The notes under the pieces: generated by a model
What the model saw: the letters and a program-made list of their open reading frames with translations, nothing else
The model's database searches: none
Told to the model about the DNA's origin: nothing
Shown here: positions 56,799-64,000 of the stretch, piece after piece
Position numbering within the stretch: the first letter of the stretch is position 1
Layout of the letters: each line of letters opens with the position of its first letter
Position numbers and translations under genes: made by a program
Source of the DNA: Bacteroidales bacterium
GTDB lineage: Bacteria > Bacteroidota > Bacteroidia > Bacteroidales > PUMT01
DNA length: 64,000 nucleotides
Assembly: GCA_007132225.1 (NCBI GenBank)
Contig: SLPB01000028.1
Span: 25,985-89,984 of the forward strand
Direction of reading: 5' to 3'

Positions 56799-59303
56799 CT
56801 AATTATCCATTTCCACTACTGTAATGCCCGATCCTCCAAATTTAACATGCTCATCGCGAAATGATTTCACAGGGGGCACAGTGGCAAGGTACTCCCTGAT
56901 TATCTGCCTTAATATACCATTCCCCTTGCCATGCAGTATCCTGACCTCACCGGCACCCACCATCACGGCATCGTCAATGAAACTGCTTATTACATCAAGC
57001 GCTTCATCGGCACGCATCCCCCTCACATCCTTTTCCGCTCTGAAATTAAGCTTCCTCTCCCTGATATTGAATGAAGCAGCACTGCCGGTGGCCACCGTAC
57101 CCTTTTCAAGTTTTTTTGCCTCACTGCGGCTAAGCTTTTCAAGCTTGCTGTCCTTTACGGTGGTTGTCATATTTCCGAAAGCAACCATTATGCTCCTGCC
57201 GTTTACATCCAGTACTTCTCCTGTTATATCACGACCAAAAAGCTTCACGTAATCACCTTTACGTATTACCGTGTCCTTGGCAGTATCCGGCAGAGCATGT
57301 ATCCCCCCGGTATCGCCCGGGGCAACCTCCTGTTCCTTCTTCTTTATAAGCCTTTCCTTCTTTGCCCGCAGATTCTCCAACTTTCTATCAATTTCACTAT
57401 CAGCCGGTGCTCCGGCACCCTTCTCAATCCGTCTTTTCAACCTGTCAACATCTTTTCTTGCTTCCCTGGTCCTCTCCTTTTCAGCCTGACTCTCCCTGAT
57501 CTCCCTGATGGTGTTTTCTATCTTTTTATTCACACCCTCCAGCAGCTGCCTGGCTTCTTCCCGGGCCTTTTCCAGGATATCCTTCTTTTCTTTTTTCCAG
57601 TCCTCAAGCTGTGAACCATAATGTTCAAGCTCCTTCTCAAGCTGCTTTTCCTTCTGCCTTATACTCTTTCTTTTCCGTTCCCAGTAATGCTTGTCGCGAA
57701 TGATATCTTTAAGATGCCTGTCAAAATCTATATGGTCCTCACCCACCCTGGCGGTGGCGGACTGAAGAATTTCTTCCGGCAGCCCTATCTTCCGTGCTAT
57801 CTCAAAAGCAAAGGAGCTGCCGGGCTTGCCGGCTTCCAGGCGAAAAAGAGGCTCCATCTTTCCGGTATCGTACATCATGGCACCGTTCATCAGTCCCCTT
57901 GTCGAGGCTGCAAAATGTTTCAGGTTGGTGTAATGGGTGGTAATAACCCCCCAGGTGCGCTTACGGTTCAGCTCCTCAAGAATTGCTTCTGCTATGGAAC
58001 CTCCAAGCATTGGTTCGGTTCCGGTTCCGAACTCATCTATCAGCACCAGGGTCCGGGGTCCGCTTTCGCGGATAAATAATTTCATATTAACCAGGTGTGA
58101 GCTGTAGGTGCTCAGGTCATTTTCGATAGACTGCTCGTCACCTATATCGATGAAGATGCTCTTGAATATACCCGTCTCTGAATTTTCAGACACTGGTATA
58201 AGCAAACCGCACTGTAACATATATTGCAGCATCCCCACTGTCTGCAGGCAAACAGACTTGCCTCCGGCATTGGGTCCGCTGATAACCAGTATCCTGTTTT
58301 CATCATTAAGCTCAATATCAAGCGGAACTGTCTCCCGGTTTTCTTTCTTCAAACCAAGCATCAGGGTGGGGTGAAATGCATTTTTCCACTGCAAAAGGGG
58401 GGCATCCCTCAATACCGGCTTTACCGCTTCCAGCTTTACGGCCAGCAGTGCTTTGGCCCTGATAAAATCAATAAGCCCGATTAGCCTGAATACCATGAAA
58501 AGCTCATCAAGATATGGCCTCAAAAGGTCTGCAAACTCTTTTAGTATTCTCTGAATCTCACGCTTCTCGGCATATTCAAGCTCCCTTAGCTCATTATTAA
58601 GTTCCACCACCTCGGCGGGTTCAATGTAGGCAGTTTTACCGGTAGCCGACTCGTCATGGATGAACCCTTTGATTTTCCTTTTCATTGAAGCATTCACAGG
58701 AATCACCAGTCTCCCGTCTCGTATGGCTACCCCCGCATCCGGATCCGAGAGTCCGCTGCTTTGTGCGCTCTTCATTATGGACTGGATCCTTTTGGAGACA
58801 GCACCCTGCTTCTGACTGATATCCTTCCTTATGGAGTGAAGTTCAGGTGAAGCATTATCCTTCAACTTCCCCTCCCTGGTAAGAAGTGCCGAAAGCCTGT
58901 CCCTCACAAATACAGGAACTGTTGCAACAGAGACAAGCGAAGTGAGGGAGGGATAGGTTTCTGCATTTTTGCCTTTGAAATAGTTCATTATCCCCCGTGC
59001 AGTGTCAAGCGATCGTTTGAGCTCAAAAAGCTCTTTAAGTTCCATGAAGGTACCATCAACACGAAGCTTTCTGAGCCAGGGGGTGGCATCACTGATATGC
59101 CCCAAAGGAAACTCCTGGCCAAAAAGCAACATTCTCCGGTACTCATCTGTCTGCCGCAGCCTTAGCTCAATATCATCATAATCGGCAAGAAAACTCATGC
59201 TCTCAACATGATGCCTCCCCAGGCTGCACATACAAAGCTCTGTCAGCATCCTTCGGATACCGGCAAACCCAGTTTTCTCATCAAAATTGTCCGGATAGAT
59301 CAT
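56799..59303 (-). CDS. mutS2: endonuclease MutS2 (MutS domain V plus C-terminal Smr)
   Basis: Walker A GPNAGGKSV, a long coiled-coil linker, and Smr domain DVRGMRADEAL...ILHGKGNGILR. Confidence 0.92.
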   Translation of the reverse strand: MIYPDNFDEKTGFAGIRRMLTELCMCSLGRHHVESMSFLADYDDIELRLRQTDEYRRMLLFGQEFPLGHISDATPWLRKLRVDGTFMELKELFELKRSLDTARGIMNYFKGKNAETYPSLTSLVSVATVPVFVRDRLSALLTREGKLKDNASPELHSIRKDISQKQGAVSKRIQSIMKSAQSSGLSDPDAGVAIRDGRLVIPVNASMKRKIKGFIHDESATGKTAYIEPAEVVELNNELRELEYAEKREIQRILKEFADLLRPYLDELFMVFRLIGLIDFIRAKALLAVKLEAVKPVLRDAPLLQWKNAFHPTLMLGLKKENRETVPLDIELNDENRILVISGPNAGGKSVCLQTVGMLQYMLQCGLLIPVSENSETGIFKSIFIDIGDEQSIENDLSTYSSHLVNMKLFIRESGPRTLVLIDEFGTGTEPMLGGSIAEAILEELNRKRTWGVITTHYTNLKHFAASTRGLMNGAMMYDTGKMEPLFRLEAGKPGSSFAFEIARKIGLPEEILQSATARVGEDHIDFDRHLKDIIRDKHYWERKRKSIRQKEKQLEKELEHYGSQLEDWKKEKKDILEKAREEARQLLEGVNKKIENTIREIRESQAEKERTREARKDVDRLKRRIEKGAGAPADSEIDRKLENLRAKKERLIKKKEQEVAPGDTGGIHALPDTAKDTVIRKGDYVKLFGRDITGEVLDVNGRSIMVAFGNMTTTVKDSKLEKLSRSEAKKLEKGTVATGSAASFNIRERKLNFRAEKDVRGMRADEALDVISSFIDDAVMVGAGEVRILHGKGNGILRQIIREYLATVPPVKSFRDEHVKFGGSGITVVEMDN

Positions 59304-59322
59304 CAGATTTTACTTCACCCGG

Positions 59323-59330
59323 CAAAGTTA
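59323..59330 (-). promoter_or_regulatory. candidate -7 box (TAACTTTG) for mutS2
   Basis: The plus strand reads CAAAGTTA, 20 nt upstream of the ATG at 59303. Confidence 0.45.
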
Positions 59331-59429
59331 ATACGAATCATACATATTACCCAATCTTCCCCAAACAGTTGTTTACTGAAGCATCTCAAAATATTACTCC
59401 AACTTCTTGTGGCCTATTGTCAAAAAAAC

Positions 59430-59437
59430 TATTTTTG
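59430..59437 (+). promoter_or_regulatory. candidate -7 box (TATTTTTG) for metG
   Basis: This is the only exact TAnnTTTG match in the gap. It implies a leader of roughly 170 nt. Confidence 0.35.
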
Positions 59438-59613
59438 TGCAACCGGTAAAAAATCAAATAAGCCGGCCGGAGCGCAGAATTTTCCCATTGAGATTATCCT
59501 GCGGCAAACCAGATAATTGAAGAATGCCCGTTAATTAATAGTCCGGTTCCGGGAAGCACGCGGGCACAGCAATCAATATACAGTAGTAAATTTAACATCC
59601 CTTAAAACATAAA

Positions 59614-61647
59614 ATGAAGGAATTTAAGCGATATCTCATAACCTCGGCGCTGCCATATGCCAATGGCCCGATACATATTGGCCACCTGGCAGGCGTTTAC
59701 CTGCCATCGGACATTTACACCCGTTACCTTCGCCTTCGCAAAAGGGAAGTGATACATATCTGCGGCTCCGACGAACACGGGGTGCCCATTACCATAAAAG
59801 CCAGGCAGGAAGGTGTTACACCCAGCCAGATAGTGGACCGCTATCATGATCTTAACAAATCCTCATTTGAAAGATTTGGCATAACATTCGACATATATTC
59901 GCGCACATCAAGTGCTGTTCATTATGAAACTGCCGCACAATTTTTCAAAACCCTTCATGACAAGGGGGAGTTTATAGAAAAGACCACACCCCAGTATTAT
60001 GACCCGGAGGCAAAACAGTTTCTGGCCGACCGGTATATACAGGGTACATGTCCCCATTGCAGCAATGAAAATGCTTACGGCGACCAGTGCGAAAAATGCG
60101 GCAGCTCACTAAATGCCACAGATCTTATCAACCCCAGATCAACCATAAGCGGGTCAACTCCCGTAATGAAGGATACAAAACACTGGTTCCTGCCCCTGGA
60201 CAAATATGAGCCTTTTTTGAGGAAATGGATACTGGAAGAGAAGAAGGATTGGAAAAGCAATGTCTACGGACAGTGCAAATCGTGGCTCGACCAGGGCCTT
60301 CAGCCACGTGCAGTGAGCCGGGACCTGGACTGGGGAGTGCCGGTCCCCCTGGATAATGCAAAGGGAAAAGTGCTGTACGTCTGGTTTGATGCCCCCATCG
60401 GATACATATCTGCTACAAAAGAGCTTACCCCGGACTGGGAGAAATTCTGGAAAGACAATGATACCCGTATGATCCATTTTATCGGCAAAGACAATATAGT
60501 CTTTCACTGCATTGTTTTCCCCGCCATGTTAAATGCAGAAGGCAGCTATATACTGCCCGACAATGTACCAGCCAATGAATTTCTGAACCTGGAGAATGAT
60601 AAGATATCCACCTCCCGAAACTGGGCCGTCTGGCTGCATGAGTACCTTGATGAATTCCCGGGAAAACAGGATGTGCTAAGGTATGTTCTTTGTGCAAATG
60701 CCCCGGAAACAAAAGACAACGATTTCACCTGGAAAGATTTTCAGACACGCAATAATAATGAACTTGTTGCAATATATGGAAACTTCGTCAACCGTGCCAT
60801 AGTTCTTACCAACAAGTACTTTAAAGGCCGGGTGCCTGAACCCGGGGAAATGAATGAATATGACCTGAGGGTGCTTGATGAAATACCCGTGATAAGACAA
60901 AATATAGAGGATAACCTCGATAATTTCCGTTTCAGGGAGGCACTCAAAGCAGCAATGAATCTGGCACGGCTGGGCAACAAGTATCTCGCTGATACCGAGC
61001 CCTGGAAAATATTCAAATCCGAGCCTGACAGGGTTAAGACCATTTTGAATATCGCACTACAGTTATCAGCAACTCTGAGTGTGCTGACCGAACCTTTTCT
61101 GCCGGACTCTGCAGATAGGCTGAAGCATTTCCTTAATATGGGGGCCACTCCGTGGGACAGGGCAGGTGAAAAGGAGCTTCTTCCCGCAGGGCATATCATA
61201 GGAGACAGGGGACTGCTTTTTGAAAAGATAGCAGATGAAGAGATAGAAAATCAATTGAATAAGCTACTGGCCACCAAAGGAGAAAACATGACAGCAGGCA
61301 GATCATTGCAGCCCCCAAAGGATAATATCAGCTACGAACAGTTCGCTGAAATGGACATTCGCACAGGCACCATCACCAGTGCAGAGAAAGTATCCAAAAC
61401 TAAAAAATTGCTTAAACTGACCATTGATACGGGCATAGATACGCGGACGGTGGTTTCGGGCATAGCAGAATACTTTGAGCCCGGAGCCATTATTGGAAAG
61501 CAGGTTTCAGTTCTTGTAAACCTGGAACCCAGGAAAATCAGGGGAATAGAGTCCAAAGGGATGATACTGATGGCAGAAGATCCCGATGGCAACCTGGAGT
61601 TTGTTGTACCCGGCGGCAATATAGAAAACGGGTCAGTTGTAAAGTAA
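59614..61647 (+). CDS. metG: methionine--tRNA ligase with a C-terminal tRNA-binding (EMAP/Trbp111-like) domain
   Basis: HIGH motif PIHIGHLAG, zinc knuckle [23 protein letters not shown]-equivalent KISTSRN, and C-terminal [13 protein letters not shown]. Confidence 0.95.
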   Translation: MKEFKRYLITSALPYANGPIHIGHLAGVYLPSDIYTRYLRLRKREVIHICGSDEHGVPITIKARQEGVTPSQIVDRYHDLNKSSFERFGITFDIYSRTSSAVHYETAAQFFKTLHDKGEFIEKTTPQYYDPEAKQFLADRYIQGTCPHCSNENAYGDQCEKCGSSLNATDLINPRSTISGSTPVMKDTKHWFLPLDKYEPFLRKWILEEKKDWKSNVYGQCKSWLDQGLQPRAVSRDLDWGVPVPLDNAKGKVLYVWFDAPIGYISATKELTPDWEKFWKDNDTRMIHFIGKDNIVFHCIVFPAMLNAEGSYILPDNVPANEFLNLENDKISTSRNWAVWLHEYLDEFPGKQDVLRYVLCANAPETKDNDFTWKDFQTRNNNELVAIYGNFVNRAIVLTNKYFKGRVPEPGEMNEYDLRVLDEIPVIRQNIEDNLDNFRFREALKAAMNLARLGNKYLADTEPWKIFKSEPDRVKTILNIALQLSATLSVLTEPFLPDSADRLKHFLNMGATPWDRAGEKELLPAGHIIGDRGLLFEKIADEEIENQLNKLLATKGENMTAGRSLQPPKDNISYEQFAEMDIRTGTITSAEKVSKTKKLLKLTIDTGIDTRTVVSGIAEYFEPGAIIGKQVSVLVNLEPRKIRGIESKGMILMAEDPDGNLEFVVPGGNIENGSVVK

Positions 61648-61667
61648 CCCGGACCGGTTTAATAAAA

Positions 61668-62759
61668 CTAATCGGCCCTGCTAAGCAGCCAGACGTCAGA
61701 TCTGCCGGACTCCTCCCTTACCTGGTAAAGCTTTCGAAGGGCTTCAGTACGGTTATCCGTGGAAAAGAGTGATACCCTGTACATTCCTTTCTCAGACTCC
61801 ATCAGCCGGGAATTATACCCTTCCTGACTGAGACGGTCCATGAGAACAAGGGCATTTTGCTGTCGCCTGAAGCTGCCGGCAACCAGGTGATGTTGCATTG
61901 CCGCCACTGCAAGGGCATCAGACCCTTCACGCGGGGAAAAGCCATCTGTATTTTCAGCCAGGATATCCCCTGCCCCCGGTACCCGGTCCGCCACGGCCGT
62001 TTCCCTGTCCGCCAGGGAATCTTCCCGGTACATCAGGGCCCGTCGCTGACTGCTCATTTCATTGAGTTTCCCGGCAACAGGAGAATCGGACCTTACGTGA
62101 GGCTCTTCATATAAAGGTGCATGTTTTACTCCTGTATCAATAACTGCAGAAAAAGGGTTCAAAGAAGAGATATCAAAATCAAATTCCCTTATAACACCCG
62201 TGTTCATTGCGCCCCAGGTAAGTGCCGCAATAAGGGGTATGCCCACGGCAGCATAACGCAGAAGCTGTTTCGTCCTGCGGGGCAGACCGGCGGATGCTGT
62301 TCCGTGCAATTTTCCCGGCTTCCGGCGCGAAGCCTCACCGGAATCCAAAGAGGGGAATCTGAAAAAACTCAGCCCATAGGCATCGGTGAGAAAATTGGCA
62401 TGCGGCTCAGGGTCAAACTGAAGGTTTTGCTGCCTGTCGACTGAGAACTGTCCGATTCCCTCAAATTGAACGGGCCTTCCCGCCTCAAGCTTTTTAAGCA
62501 CACTGTCTGTAAAGGATTCAACAAGTTTCCTGGCGTCAACGTAATTCACAGAAAGCCTGGCTGAAAGGTAGCTTATAAGCAGGCCATCATTATGGTCCAG
62601 CCTGATATTGAAACCAATCTCCCTGGAAGGGGGATGGAAATTACCGGCAGCCTGATCAATGCGGGCTGACCGTTCATTGGCAACAAAACCGCCAAAGCCC
62701 GGCACGACAACACAGTCATGATGGTACAAAAGGTCTCTTATATATTTTACAAGTTCCAA
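61668..62759 (-). CDS. protein with an N-terminal HU-like (CCDC81-type) domain and a C-terminal SPOR domain
   Basis: N-terminus LLYHHDCVVVPGFGGFVANERSARID. C-terminus HHLVAGSFRRQQNALVLMDRLSQEGYNSRLMESEKGMYRVSLFS is SPOR-like. TTG start. Confidence 0.65.
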   Translation of the reverse strand: MELVKYIRDLLYHHDCVVVPGFGGFVANERSARIDQAAGNFHPPSREIGFNIRLDHNDGLLISYLSARLSVNYVDARKLVESFTDSVLKKLEAGRPVQFEGIGQFSVDRQQNLQFDPEPHANFLTDAYGLSFFRFPSLDSGEASRRKPGKLHGTASAGLPRRTKQLLRYAAVGIPLIAALTWGAMNTGVIREFDFDISSLNPFSAVIDTGVKHAPLYEEPHVRSDSPVAGKLNEMSSQRRALMYREDSLADRETAVADRVPGAGDILAENTDGFSPREGSDALAVAAMQHHLVAGSFRRQQNALVLMDRLSQEGYNSRLMESEKGMYRVSLFSTDNRTEALRKLYQVREESGRSDVWLLSRAD

Positions 62760-62805
62760 AGCTTCATTGAATTACTAATTAATAATTGCAACATTTCTAT
62801 CCATA

Positions 62806-62813
62806 CAAATGTA
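62806..62813 (-). promoter_or_regulatory. candidate -7 box (TACATTTG) for the SPOR protein gene
   Basis: The plus strand reads CAAATGTA, 47 nt upstream of the start at 62759. Confidence 0.45.
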
Positions 62814-62855
62814 TATAATTATTCGGGGATATGTCCAAACATATACCATTTTTTT

Positions 62856-62863
62856 TACCTTTG
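62856..62863 (+). promoter_or_regulatory. candidate -7 box (TACCTTTG) for the aminotransferase gene
   Basis: Exact TAnnTTTG match 36 nt upstream of the ATG at 62899. Confidence 0.5.
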
Positions 62864-62898
62864 CTTTCCTGAAAAATCATACATACAATAATTACAGG

Positions 62899-64000
62899 AT
62901 GGAGAAAATAGCGATGGTAGATCTTTTTGGTCAGTACAAAAAGATCCGTAACGAGATTGATTCTGCAATACAAAATGTTGTTGAGTCAACCGCATTTATT
63001 AATGGCCCGGCTGTTGCAGCTTTTCAAAAAAACCTGGAATCCTATCTCCGCACAGGCCATGCCATAACCTGCGGAAACGGTACTGACGCCCTGCAGATTG
63101 CTCTTATGTCACTTGAACTCGAGCCCGGTGACGAGGTTATTACCACACCATTCACATTTATCGCCACCGTTGAAGCTATTGCCTTGCTCGGACTGAAACC
63201 TGTATTTGCCGATGTCTGTTCCCGCAGCTTCAATATAAACACCGATGAAATTAAAAAGGCCATTACAGGTAGAACCAGGGTTCTTCTCCCTGTTCATCTT
63301 TACGGCCAGTGTGCTGATATGGATTCCATAATGGACATTGCACAAAAAAATAACCTGTATGTTATTGAAGACGCTGCCCAGGCCCTGGGCAGTGAATACA
63401 CTTTCAGCAGCGGAGTTAAGAAAATGGCCGGCACAATGGGACATATTGGCTGCACCAGTTTTTTCCCCTCCAAAAACCTGGGCTGTTTTGGCGACGGTGG
63501 TGCCATGTTCACCGATAATCCTGAGCTTGGCCGAAAGATCAGCTCCATCAGGAAACACGGCTCAACTGTAAAATACTTTCATGAAAGAACAGGAGTGAAC
63601 TCCAGGCTGGATACGCTGCAGGCAGCAATACTGGATGTAAAGCTTAAATATCTTGACCAGTATAACCAGGCAAGAGCAAAAGCAGCGGACTATTATGATG
63701 ATGCCCTGAAAGGAATTGAGACACTCACACTGCCAAAGCGGATGAAGCAGTCAGCACATATCTTTCATACCTACACCCTTAAAACAGATCCCTCAGACAG
63801 GGATCCCCTCCGTGAGTTTCTGAAATCCCGTGATATCCCCACAATGTTGTATTATCCTTTGCCTATGCATCTTCAGGAAGGCTACCTTAAATACGGATAT
63901 AAAAAAGGTGACTTCCCGGTTTCAGAGGAGTTATGCTCTTCAGTCCTCTCCATTCCCATGCATACCGAACTAAAGGAAGATCAGCTTGAATTTATCTGCA
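62899..64000 (+). CDS. DegT/DnrJ/EryC1/StrS-family PLP sugar aminotransferase; 3' end cut by the window edge
   Basis: Absent from the ORF track because it has no stop in the window. Translation from the ATG at 62899 gives MEKIAMVDLFGQYKKIRNEIDSAIQNVVESTAFINGPAV...CGNGTDALQIAL...TFIATVEAI...EDAAQALGS...SFFPSKNLGCFGDGGA. Confidence 0.85.
   Translation, partial: MEKIAMVDLFGQYKKIRNEIDSAIQNVVESTAFINGPAVAAFQKNLESYLRTGHAITCGNGTDALQIALMSLELEPGDEVITTPFTFIATVEAIALLGLKPVFADVCSRSFNINTDEIKKAITGRTRVLLPVHLYGQCADMDSIMDIAQKNNLYVIEDAAQALGSEYTFSSGVKKMAGTMGHIGCTSFFPSKNLGCFGDGGAMFTDNPELGRKISSIRKHGSTVKYFHERTGVNSRLDTLQAAILDVKLKYLDQYNQARAKAADYYDDALKGIETLTLPKRMKQSAHIFHTYTLKTDPSDRDPLREFLKSRDIPTMLYYPLPMHLQEGYLKYGYKKGDFPVSEELCSSVLSIPMHTELKEDQLEFIC

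Noticed and set aside
56761-56804. 13-nt direct repeat AGCCGGTCTGATT / AGCCGGTCTAATT spanning the mutS2 stop codon.
   Set aside because: It is short, has one mismatch and is not associated with any mobile element or hairpin. It is probably fortuitous.
59438-59613. The roughly 170-nt metG leader, considered as a possible riboswitch or T-box-like element.
   Set aside because: I could find only short helices (TGCCCG/CGGGCA, CGCAG/CTGCG). There is no specifier or T-box motif, and T-boxes are not expected in this phylum. The promoter assignment itself is uncertain.

Overview
This window is a gene-dense, mostly housekeeping chromosomal segment. It looks like a Bacteroidota genome. Supporting signs are T9SS parts (PorQ next to cmk, a PorV/PorQ-like barrel, a type-B CTD cargo protein), a 286-aa sigma-A, a ParC/ParE pair, parA-parB-DUF5683-MltD synteny, TAnnTTTG -7 boxes and an almost complete lack of Shine-Dalgarno sequences. 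I call 57 protein-coding genes. Two of them run off the window edges and are therefore missing from the ORF track: an MBOAT at 1-1346 and a DegT-type aminotransferase at 62899-64000. There is also one tRNA-His, plus several hairpin terminators and candidate promoters. Several ORF-track starts are GTG or TTG extensions, and I trimmed these to the nearest plausible ATG where one exists. I see no transposase, integrase, prophage, CRISPR array, rRNA or recognisable defence island, so I cannot honestly claim a clear novel system here. The observations most worth a second look are listed below.
- A tightly packed operon (GNAT, M20 amidohydrolase, alanine racemase, second PLP racemase, small wHTH) abuts rpoD, and its last two genes form a low-GC island.
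- The roughly 200-nt leader of rpmE (L31) has nested long-range complementarity.
- The tRNA-His has two adjacent acceptor-stem mismatches and is followed by a 17-bp hairpin and then rtcB with no promoter of its own.
- A perfect 16-bp palindrome sits on the predicted transcription start of the flavodiiron gene.
- A small secreted Cys-repeat protein is built from 54-bp tandem repeats.
- hsp20 carries a canonical GGAGG Shine-Dalgarno sequence, which is an outlier among the starts I inspected.
All protein family calls rest on motif recognition by eye. No database search, folding or statistics could be run.
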